A stretch of 20,000 nt of DNA from an uncultured virus (IMG/VR IMGVR_UViG_3300045006_000529). Its lineage: Duplodnaviria; Heunggongvirae; Uroviricota; Caudoviricetes. The stretch is from IMG/VR virus record IMGVR_UViG_3300045006_000529; one strand, given 5' to 3'. The notes under the pieces were generated by a model. The model saw nothing but the letters and a program-made list of their open reading frames with translations. It was not told the origin of the DNA and did no database searches. The position numbers and the translations under genes were made by a program. Position 1 is the first letter of the stretch, and each line of letters starts with the position of its first letter. Below, piece after piece: positions 1 through 7,299 of this stretch.

Positions 1-2776
1 TATCAACGTTGGCAAAAACATGGGTCAGGTTGGGAACATGTCCGGCGTAGAAAACGTCCCGTTTGCCCGTGAACTCCTTAACCACCCCCTTGGCGTCGTA
101 TCCAAACAGGTAGAGCTTCACGTCCGGGTCTGCACTTTTTACTCTACCCCATACCTCGTCAATGAACCACCTGATTCCCATACTGTTGGGGGGGTGTTCC
201 CAGTTAGCCAGGAAGCCAACAACTTTGTCTTCGGGCTTGCACGGCAGGACAGGAGGCCTTGCCTGCCGATGGGGAATGACAAACGCCTTCCTCTGAATGT
301 CGAGGGGAAGCACACCGATATCAGCTGGGCTGACTACAGTGATAGCATCGGCCTGACGATACCAGCCCAGCTCCTCCTGCATTCTCGTTTCCCACCCGGG
401 GGCATTTGACCTCCTCTCGCGTTCGAAGTGCACATCTCCCGTATAGACACACGTCTTTGCGCCGATAGTTCTAGCCGTCTCGAACAGTCTTGGGTATGAC
501 CCCCACCAGCCGGTGATAATGAGGTCCGGCTTGATAGCAAGAATCTCCTCCGTTGGATCCTTGACTATCTTATGGCCCCGGAGGGCAGGAAGAAAGTTCT
601 TGGTTTCTCCGTAGTAGATAGAGGGCCCTGAGGGGAAGAACCAGACATTTGTGTGCAGGGAAAGGTGTTGTAGGAAGTAATACATCCCTGTCGTTCCTGC
701 AGCCTCTCTGTCTGTGAGATTCCAGGGGCAAGTAAAGACTATCTTAGGCTTGTTTTGGTACCCCCACCTTTCGACGCAGAGATTCTGATTAGCCCACGCC
801 CACTCGCTTTGTGAGTTCTTAAAAGTGGCTCCGCATTCATGGCGGAGCCATGTATAGTTTGCTACTCCCTGTTTATATCCCGCAGCCTGGGCTCTGAAAC
901 AAAAGTCGGGGTCCTCATAGTATCCCTTGCCATACCTCTCATCAAAGAAGCCTATATCCTCCGCAACATGTCTCGAAACAAAGAGAGAGGCCCCATTGAT
1001 AAAACCGCCATTTATGATACCATAGTACTCAAGCGACTGGGGTCTGTCGAGCCACTCCCCTCTTTCTAGACAGAGGGGTGATGCAATCGATATCCTATTT
1101 TCGAACATATGATAAAGCGTTTTCTGCAGCCAGTCCGGATCTGGGAGCCTTACATCACTATTAAGTGAGACGTAGATATCAGCACCCTCCCGAAAAGCCG
1201 CTGCCATCATAGCATTCTGAGACTTAAGAAAGCCCTCGTTCGAGGAGTTCGCTATTACCCTGGTCCGGCCTGGTATGCTATTAAGAATCCTGAGATTCTC
1301 ATCCTGGTTGGGAGATCCGTCTTCTGTAAGAAGGAGGCTGAAAGGCCCTTTTGTCTTGACAACCTCTTCGGCGAACTGTTTTGTCAGGTCGGGGTTTCCG
1401 TAGAAAGATGCTCCGATCACTATCTTTGATTTGCTAAGATCAGGCATAGGCTTGACCAAGGATATCTGAGGACTGGTGTCGTAGACAAGAGCGGGAGGCT
1501 CTGGTTTCCAGATGCTATTAGGGTCAGGCCATTCTATAATCCCACTCGGCCCATCGGGGTCGAGGAAGAACTTCTCATATCTATCTGCCCACTGTCTGAT
1601 TTCGTATTTACTGAGTGTCTGCTTTTTCTCCTGGGCTTTAGATAAGAAGAAGCTATAGTTGTCACGTACATCTCTAAGCTTAGTCATCAGGTCATCAAAG
1701 TCAGGGTCCCACTGCTCACCGCAGGGGGTCTTGGAGACATAGGGATACCAAGCAGGAGACGTCTCTTTTATCTTGAGGCCTATGCCCCCCTCCTCATCAA
1801 TAATGACTTGATGAGCGTGCCCACTGCTGATTATACAGAGCTTTCCTGTTGCAAGAGCCTCGCGGGGCATGAAGGAGAATCCCTCACCGGAGGAAGGAAG
1901 GAGTAGGCAGTCAATCTTGTTGAGAAACGTCCTTACTTCGCTCTCTGACATGCTCTCTGCGGAGAAGAAAACTCGGCTGTCTTTGCCAGCCTCCTTCTTT
2001 ATTTCTCTCGTCCTCTCTGGACTGTCTCCCCACCGGCTCTTGATAATCAGCCTGACATCCGGCTCGTCCGGAAAGGCCCGTTTGAATGCCCTGATAGTGG
2101 GAAGGATATTTTTACGGGGTGTATCATGAGCCACCATTCCGAAGATGAAAGGGGTAGACGGCCTTTTAGCATACAACTCTGCATCCCTGAAAAGGAAATT
2201 TATCTGCGGCATTACTAGCGGAACATGTAGGATGGGGATCTTTACCCCGCTGTCTCTATACGCCTTAACCAGGTAAGAAGATGGTACAAAAACGTGGGTC
2301 CAATACTTGTTCAGGGCAGCAGCCCAGTCTGCGGGGATCCTTGAACTTTCCAACATAGATATGGCGATCCGACGTTTGGCCCCCAGCGTTTTTGGCATGT
2401 ACTGTGCCAAACTGTAGGGATCAGGCTTGCCGTTGCTGCGGGGTAGAGTCGCAATAACACCTGTTGTAATTAGGGTGTCGCCGACAGACCCTTTTGACAG
2501 CTCGGACATGGGATAAAGCGGAAGCGGAGCATGTAGGGGATAGTAATAGGGCATCTCACTTGTGCTGTCTATGTCCTCAAAAACGTTGAAGATTTTGATA
2601 TCGTACCTATCTTGCAAACACATGTATAGATTGTAGGCTATCTTGCCCAGTCCGTCTGCAGCTAATACTGGGCCAAGAATGCTTATCTTTGGCTTTGGTG
2701 TCGCCCTGTTCGACCCAGGCATAGCAAGATCTTTCTTCTGTCTGTTTCTGCTCGGCCTACCCTGTTTTATCATCAT
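1..2776 (-). CDS. Multidomain glycosyltransferase GT4-GT2-GT4 (at least 925 aa, runs off the left edge; absent from the ORF track)
   Basis: Translated by hand from ATG at 2776 (ATGA overlap with the GT9 stop) with no stop down to position 2: MMIKQGRPSRNRQKK...ISILGPVLAADGLGKIA. First GT4 domain: ISMLESSRIPADW, HVFVPSSY, FGMVAHDTPRKN, and DCLLLPSSGEGFSFMPREALATG (EX7E motif, near 1885). GT2 domain (~1430-770): LLTEDGSPN, NSSNEGFLKSQN, VSLNSD, NGASLFVSR, IGFFDERYGKGYYEDPDFCFRA. Second GT4 domain (~755-1): ADAITVVSPAD, VGFLANWEHPPNSMGIRWFIDEVW, YAGHVPNL. Confidence 0.9.
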   Translation of the reverse strand, partial: MMIKQGRPSRNRQKKDLAMPGSNRATPKPKISILGPVLAADGLGKIAYNLYMCLQDRYDIKIFNVFEDIDSTSEMPYYYPLHAPLPLYPMSELSKGSVGDTLITTGVIATLPRSNGKPDPYSLAQYMPKTLGAKRRIAISMLESSRIPADWAAALNKYWTHVFVPSSYLVKAYRDSGVKIPILHVPLVMPQINFLFRDAELYAKRPSTPFIFGMVAHDTPRKNILPTIRAFKRAFPDEPDVRLIIKSRWGDSPERTREIKKEAGKDSRVFFSAESMSESEVRTFLNKIDCLLLPSSGEGFSFMPREALATGKLCIISSGHAHQVIIDEEGGIGLKIKETSPAWYPYVSKTPCGEQWDPDFDDLMTKLRDVRDNYSFFLSKAQEKKQTLSKYEIRQWADRYEKFFLDPDGPSGIIEWPDPNSIWKPEPPALVYDTSPQISLVKPMPDLSKSKIVIGASFYGNPDLTKQFAEEVVKTKGPFSLLLTEDGSPNQDENLRILNSIPGRTRVIANSSNEGFLKSQNAMMAAAFREGADIYVSLNSDVRLPDPDWLQKTLYHMFENRISIASPLCLERGEWLDRPQSLEYYGIINGGFINGASLFVSRHVAEDIGFFDERYGKGYYEDPDFCFRAQAAGYKQGVANYTWLRHECGATFKNSQSEWAWANQNLCVERWGYQNKPKIVFTCPWNLTDREAAGTTGMYYFLQHLSLHTNVWFFPSGPSIYYGETKNFLPALRGHKIVKDPTEEILAIKPDLIITGWWGSYPRLFETARTIGAKTCVYTGDVHFERERRSNAPGWETRMQEELGWYRQADAITVVSPADIGVLPLDIQRKAFVIPHRQARPPVLPCKPEDKVVGFLANWEHPPNSMGIRWFIDEVWGRVKSADPDVKLYLFGYDAKGVVKEFTGKRDVFYAGHVPNLTHVFANVD

Positions 2777-4257
2777 GATAATTTCCCACCTGTACCAATG
2801 ATACTACTGCTCGCCCTCAAGTGTGCTCCATCAATCTTAGGGGCAAGGCTCTGCTGTCCAGCCGCCTCCAAGTTGAAACTGGCTAGCTCCCGGTTCAGCC
2901 ATCCTGTCTTCATTCTGAGGTTAGGTTTGACAGAGCATGTAAGATCCCCCTTAGGCTGCCAGTCGTTAGGGCTCAAGACGTTGTAGGCCTCTAAAACCTT
3001 TCCCCAGACGTCTTCCTGTGGAGCTGGGAGAGAAGAAAGTATATCAAGGGACTTGATATCAACATTTTTCACTGTGCTAGGCAACCCCTTCAACATATTG
3101 AACAGCTGAATATTCCACTCTTGAGCTTCTATGGCCAGACCTACTTCTCCCCTCCATAGTATCCCCTTGTCGAGGGGACACGCCAGTCTTTCCTCCACTG
3201 CATTAGCTATCTCCTTCCCTGAGATGCTGGTAATACAAACCCTGTTTGCACATCCGGAATTCGAGTACCAGCAAGGCGCCCTTGAACACTTTTCCGGATG
3301 CCACAGGTTGGTGACATTTCTGTAGTACGAGGTTCTGGATCCTGGGTGTGTTCCCCCCCAGAGGCCGACGAGTTTTTTATTCAGTGCCCCTGCCATGTGC
3401 AGGGGCCCTGTATCTGGGGACACTATCAGCTCACTCACACCCACCAGTCCGAAAAATTCCTTGACAGACAGGCCCCTCCATTCGAGAACACCGGGAATTC
3501 CCCACGGATCACGATAGGCCTCTGAAACAACTCCGACGTAAATGTCGTTTCTTCTCTTCAAGAGAGACACTGCTGTTTGTAGCGACTGTAGAGAAGGGTC
3601 TCTAAAGCCAGTATTGCTGTTCTGGAAAAATAGAATAAGAGGCCTGTTAAACTGTCCCACCTGTCTCTGGATCAGCTCCCTTCCGGTCGCCAGCGTGTCT
3701 TCAGGAAGATGAAGATAGGGCCTCTTGATGGAAGGATCAACGCCTAGGTAATGGGAGAAGATGTCTATCCTTTCGCGGGGCTTGGTAGTGGGCCTTTCCT
3801 CCTGAATTTCGCCAGCCTGACCTGAGATGTCAACGAAGAAGTCAAAGCGACCGGGATTATAGGTCTCATAATTCGCATCCAGCACAACATCCACCCAGGG
3901 GAGATGTTTAACTGCTTCATAGATCACGCCGTGTTTAGATCCCGGGGCAATATCGGTCGTATAATGAGACTGCACAATCAAGGTTACATGAGCAGAGGGG
4001 AACTTCTCCCTGAGTCCCAGTAGGGATGGGGTTATCATCAAGATATCCCCTAATCCAGGCTTGAGCCTGGCTATAGCTATCTTGTAGGCTGCCTGCGAAC
4101 TGCCAACTCTGGCAAGATGGCTTACACGGAACCTGCTTGTATTATGTCTGCCAGTATTCTTGGTAATAGCAGGCCGCCCGCCCCTTCTTACAGAAAGGGG
4201 CCTGCGGCTCCTTGGCAAAAGACGAGGAAGCCCTCCTTTGCCCCGATGCAGGATCAT
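2773..4257 (-). CDS. GT9 family glycosyltransferase (ADP-heptose:LPS heptosyltransferase-like, WaaC/WaaF fold) with N- and C-terminal extensions
   Basis: Motifs GLGDILMITPSLLGLREKFPSAHVTLIV, LPWVD and LIVSPDTGPLHMAGALNKKLVGLWGGT, plus the Cys cluster CSRAPCW...GC...VCITSI. SD-like GAGGGA at 4261-4266. Confidence 0.9.
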   Translation of the reverse strand: MILHRGKGGLPRLLPRSRRPLSVRRGGRPAITKNTGRHNTSRFRVSHLARVGSSQAAYKIAIARLKPGLGDILMITPSLLGLREKFPSAHVTLIVQSHYTTDIAPGSKHGVIYEAVKHLPWVDVVLDANYETYNPGRFDFFVDISGQAGEIQEERPTTKPRERIDIFSHYLGVDPSIKRPYLHLPEDTLATGRELIQRQVGQFNRPLILFFQNSNTGFRDPSLQSLQTAVSLLKRRNDIYVGVVSEAYRDPWGIPGVLEWRGLSVKEFFGLVGVSELIVSPDTGPLHMAGALNKKLVGLWGGTHPGSRTSYYRNVTNLWHPEKCSRAPCWYSNSGCANRVCITSISGKEIANAVEERLACPLDKGILWRGEVGLAIEAQEWNIQLFNMLKGLPSTVKNVDIKSLDILSSLPAPQEDVWGKVLEAYNVLSPNDWQPKGDLTCSVKPNLRMKTGWLNRELASFNLEAAGQQSLAPKIDGAHLRASSSIIGTGGKLS

Positions 4258-4266
4258 GGTTCCCTC

Positions 4267-5367
4267 TTAGGCTACAGGTTCCTTAGCCCTAGCCTTTTTC
4301 TCGGCTACTAGAGCCCTGTAGAGGGCTCCACGAGCTACCGAAAAGAGGGCATCTTCTGACTGGCGAATCTGGCCAACCTCAATCTGGGGCGCCGCACTAT
4401 TCCATGTTTGAACAAACATGTCCAGGAAGCCAGGAGCTAATGAGGTACCCCCAGCCACTACAACGTCAACAGGTTCAGGAAAAACAACGCCCTGAAACTG
4501 GACTTTCATGTTCTCAATCACGTTTTTGATGAGTCGGCGATAGGCAAGAGCGATTCCTGCAACCACTTGGTCTTCCGACTCAAGGTTGTCAAGGAGATTG
4601 GTAAGTTGACGCTCTTTCACCTTCTGCACCCTTGCCGAGGTCATTCCGGCAAACTGGGAGGCTACCTTGGCATCCACATAATCACCTGACCCTATGATAG
4701 AGAAGGACTTTACAATGGTGCCCAACACCATGGCGCAGATGTTAATCTGGCCTGCTCCCAGACTACAAGTGATTCCTGTCAGGTTCTTGTTTCTCAACTG
4801 ATCGTAAGCAATACAGGCACCCTCGTTGACTGGAATTGGAGAAAACCCAAGGCTTCTCAATAAAGAATCCATCTTATCAAGATGGAATTCTGTATTGAAG
4901 AACCCTGTTGCTTGTTTATTTAGAGGCTCGGCTGGAACAGTGTATACACACGTTTCCCCGCTATAGGAGGCTTTGCCTAGGACGTTTTCAATCAGGACCC
5001 GCATGACAAAGGCTGCTTCCGCATCTGTAGTAGAAAGAACGCCAGCGCTCATGGGTCTCCGTACCTCAATACCCATTGCGTTGGCTATAGAAAGGGCTCC
5101 ATCGCCAACCGTATAGAGATAGCCCGATTGTCTAATGTAGGAAACACCCGCCCTCTCTAGGATAGAGGCAGTGTCCTCCTCGTCATCCAGCTTGAGAAAG
5201 GCGTTGCGTATTTTCTCAATATGGGCACCCCCCTCCTGTGTGGCTATGGCTTGCGCCCCCACAATAAAGGAGGTGCCAATGTCTAGCCCCCTCCCAGCAG
5301 CCAAACCTTCCGTAGTTGAACCTTCCACAGGTATAGTCTCCTTAGGCTTCTTTTTGGGTGTAGCCAT
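4267..5367 (-). CDS. Actin-fold (ASKHA) ATPase, volactin-like / MreB-FtsA-MamK superfamily
   Basis: All actin-ATPase motifs occur in order: phosphate-1 GLDIGTS, YTVGDGAL...RRPMSAGVL, YTVPAEP, connect-1 PIPVNEGACIAY, phosphate-2 GITCSLGAGQIN, GSGDYVD, adenosine VVVAGGTSLAPGF, connect-2 DALFSVARGAL. The superfamily is secure; the volactin subfamily is from recalled similarity. Confidence 0.88.
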   Translation of the reverse strand: MATPKKKPKETIPVEGSTTEGLAAGRGLDIGTSFIVGAQAIATQEGGAHIEKIRNAFLKLDDEEDTASILERAGVSYIRQSGYLYTVGDGALSIANAMGIEVRRPMSAGVLSTTDAEAAFVMRVLIENVLGKASYSGETCVYTVPAEPLNKQATGFFNTEFHLDKMDSLLRSLGFSPIPVNEGACIAYDQLRNKNLTGITCSLGAGQINICAMVLGTIVKSFSIIGSGDYVDAKVASQFAGMTSARVQKVKERQLTNLLDNLESEDQVVAGIALAYRRLIKNVIENMKVQFQGVVFPEPVDVVVAGGTSLAPGFLDMFVQTWNSAAPQIEVGQIRQSEDALFSVARGALYRALVAEKKARAKEPVA

Positions 5368-5720
5368 TACTCTGACGGCCCCTCATTGGTTACATTTGCT
5401 TCTGATAGTATAGAGCCTATCCTTGTTTCGATCAAGACAAACTCTTCGGTATCGCTCAGGTTATCTAGCCAGTAGGAGACCCTTTTGGGTACTGTAAAAC
5501 TGGCCCCACGAGACAGTAGTTTGACTTCGCTCGCTTTGCCAACAGATAAGATTATGCGCCCCATACCTTGTACGACAGCCAATATCGTATCGACTGTTTG
5601 ATACCTTTCCGAGCAGGAGCTCTCCTTTGGTTTTATCCCTACCTTGTAGACAGAAAACTGTCCGCCACTATTACTCTCGGCCAACACTATCTCACGGGTT
5701 TTGCAGGATATATTCTCCAC
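5367..5720 (-). CDS. Small cupin-fold protein (resembles the type II mannose-6-phosphate isomerase C-terminal cupin), lacking metal-binding histidines
   Basis: FSVYKVGIKPKESS...ILAVVQGMGRI...LLSRGASFTVPKRVSYWLDNLSDTEEFVLIETRIG follows the spacing of cupin motifs 1 and 2. GTG start with SD AGGAG at 5726-5730. Confidence 0.7.
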   Translation of the reverse strand: MENISCKTREIVLAESNSGGQFSVYKVGIKPKESSCSERYQTVDTILAVVQGMGRIILSVGKASEVKLLSRGASFTVPKRVSYWLDNLSDTEEFVLIETRIGSILSEANVTNEGPSE

Positions 5721-6110
5721 CTACTCTCCTTCAGAAGAAAGCAGCTTTGCTAGTTCTTCCGTAGCACCAGCATCAATTGTCGTCTCTGACGATGACGGAA
5801 CGACTTTTGCATCCGTTGTTGTGGCAAGACTGCTGTCTCCATCCTCCACCATCTTGACAAACTGCTTGGCAGAGCGACTGGATACAACGTCTGGGCTTAC
5901 GGGCCTGTTTTCCATCCTGGAGAGGATTCTGTCAGCCACCAGGTCTGCTAGAACCTCTACATCAAGAGGAGGAGTCTCGGGCTTGGGAGGAAGAGGTTGG
6001 GAACGTGTCTCTAAACTATCCCTCCGGCTCCAGCGACGTACCCTAGAAAAAGCCTTGCCTGCTCGCAGATACATCTTATCCCAGAAGCGTAATAGACCCT
6101 TGAGACACAT
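5721..6110 (-). CDS. Hypothetical small protein (basic amphipathic N-terminus, Pro-rich linker, short helices); alternative start ATG at 6074
   Basis: Fills the gap between the 407-aa gene (stop at 6076) and the cupin start (5720). Segments: RAGKAFSRVRRWSRR / PLPPKPETPP / LDVEVLADLVADRILSRM / C-terminal EELAKLLS. Confidence 0.7.
   Translation of the reverse strand: MCLKGLLRFWDKMYLRAGKAFSRVRRWSRRDSLETRSQPLPPKPETPPLDVEVLADLVADRILSRMENRPVSPDVVSSRSAKQFVKMVEDGDSSLATTTDAKVVPSSSETTIDAGATEELAKLLSSEGE
5726..5730 (-). promoter_or_regulatory. Shine-Dalgarno site (AGGAG) for the cupin gene
   Basis: Minus strand reads AGGAGAGTAG-GTG, with 5 nt between AGGAG and the start at 5720. Confidence 0.6.
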
Positions 6111-7299
6111 CGTCTACCACATAATCCATTTGGGTCGATACCACCTCTTCTGGATTGCCTCCAGCAGCCACGGCTGTAGCTACAGCTGTAGCTGCCAAAA
6201 AGGCAGTATAACCCTCGAATGTCGCTTGTGGTTCCAGCCCCACCATTTCCGCAAAGGCAGCGTAAGTCATGGAAAAGATGTCGCTTCCGATGCGACACCG
6301 GTAGTTGGCGTAATTAACTATGTTGTTATAAAAGACGCCTATGTCGTCTCGGGAGAGAGCCTGCAGATATATCGTAGGATAGCGTGTAGGCCAGCCTGTT
6401 GCCAAACTCTCATAAGTGCTTTTCTCCTCGGCAGATGGCTCGGAGTCAAAGAAAATCAGGATGTCATGGTCTTCGTAGTCGTCTAGGCCTGTAGGTGTAC
6501 CCAGAGAAAGGGCAGCCGTAGCAGCCGGAGGCTTTACGGTCCACTCTCCATCGCTTGAAGGCAGCACCCTAACAAAGTTGGCTGGCACCATCAGGCCGTT
6601 GGCCTGTAGGGGACAGAAGATCCCATTGCCATGATTTACTATCCCGTTCGGCTGATCGGCGGGGAACCTCACCACAGCTATCCCTGGATAACTCTCCGGC
6701 CAAATAATCTCACTGGCTACTACTGTATGGTTATAAACGGGGACGAAACCAGCTATTTGATCCCCCCAGTAGTTGGGCCAGAAGAAGGGAATTTGCCCGA
6801 ATAGAGCTGTTGTTCCCTCTAAATCCTCGACTTGGTCTTCCAGAGCTTGTAGTTCCGCCTTAGTGGCATATCCAGTAAGACCTGTTCCACTAACCTCGGA
6901 TAAACGGTTGTCCAATTGTGAAACCGACAGAGCAAACTTGGCATTTATGGCCGCCAGGGCTTCCTTGATGGAGGTTGGCCGCTTCAGCGTAGGATCGAAT
7001 AGAAAATCGTTGTTGGCATCTGAAGCTTTCGAGGTAAGATCTGTATAGATCTGGCTGCCGTCAAGCCCATTGGTAAAAGGATTGACAGCATCAACCCTTT
7101 CCTCGCGAAGGACGGTTTCCCCACCACTAGGCAAGGTATTAAGCAATGGAACTACTTTATCATTCCACTCCTGGGAGAGCGCCCTTAGATCAGCCACTAC
7201 TTCCTGGATGAAATCCAGAATGTCTTGTGAAGTAGAGGGCCCCCGATAGGCTATAGGCTTCGAGGAAACAGATGGATAAAATAAGTTTACTTTGCTCAT
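6076..7299 (-). CDS. Putative virion structural / tail fibre-associated protein (407 aa)
   Basis: N-terminal YRGPSTSQDILDFIQEVVADLRAL shares its motif with the three upstream paralogs. A coiled-coil neck with LTGYATKAELQALEDQVEDLEG resembles fibre proteins. ATGA overlap with the upstream gene. Confidence 0.6.
   Translation of the reverse strand: MSKVNLFYPSVSSKPIAYRGPSTSQDILDFIQEVVADLRALSQEWNDKVVPLLNTLPSGGETVLREERVDAVNPFTNGLDGSQIYTDLTSKASDANNDFLFDPTLKRPTSIKEALAAINAKFALSVSQLDNRLSEVSGTGLTGYATKAELQALEDQVEDLEGTTALFGQIPFFWPNYWGDQIAGFVPVYNHTVVASEIIWPESYPGIAVVRFPADQPNGIVNHGNGIFCPLQANGLMVPANFVRVLPSSDGEWTVKPPAATAALSLGTPTGLDDYEDHDILIFFDSEPSAEEKSTYESLATGWPTRYPTIYLQALSRDDIGVFYNNIVNYANYRCRIGSDIFSMTYAAFAEMVGLEPQATFEGYTAFLAATAVATAVAAGGNPEEVVSTQMDYVVDDVSQGSITLLG

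Noticed and set aside
334..540. 68-aa minus-strand ORF listed in the track
   Set aside because: It is out of frame within the long GT4-GT2-GT4 gene, whose own frame carries clear GT motifs.
826..850. Perfect 9-bp hairpin (TGGCTCCGC-7 nt-GCGGAGCCA) followed by CTTTT on the minus strand, resembling a terminator near the GT2/GT4 boundary
   Set aside because: It lies inside an open coding frame, the U-tract is short, and one such stem in 20 kb is plausible by chance.
4190..4215. Twin-arginine-like SRRPL in GT9 (and SRRDS in the small protein) as Tat signals
   Set aside because: No hydrophobic h-region or cleavage site follows either motif.
5341..5367. MATPKKKPK resembles an SV40-type nuclear localisation signal, suggesting a eukaryotic virus
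   Set aside because: Overlapping start/stop codons, GTG starts, SD sites and prokaryotic-type actin and GT9 point to a prokaryotic system.
1..5720. Ordinary chromosomal LPS/capsule locus with mreB
   Set aside because: No mreC/mreD, flippase, polymerase or nucleotide-sugar synthesis gene is in view, and the genes are coupled to virion-like genes. It cannot be fully excluded without flanking sequence.
4267..6110. Classical type II ParMRC partition cassette
   Set aside because: There is no intergenic space or iterated centromere-like repeat nearby, no recognisable ribbon-helix-helix or HTH partner, and the motifs do not match ParM well.
6170..6196. Short GCTGTAGC direct repeat
   Set aside because: It simply encodes the low-complexity peptide ATAVATAVAA within the 407-aa gene.
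5701..6486. 261-aa plus-strand ORF and the other short plus-strand or nested ORFs in the track
   Set aside because: They are antisense or alternate-frame shadows of well-supported minus-strand genes and carry no recognisable motifs.
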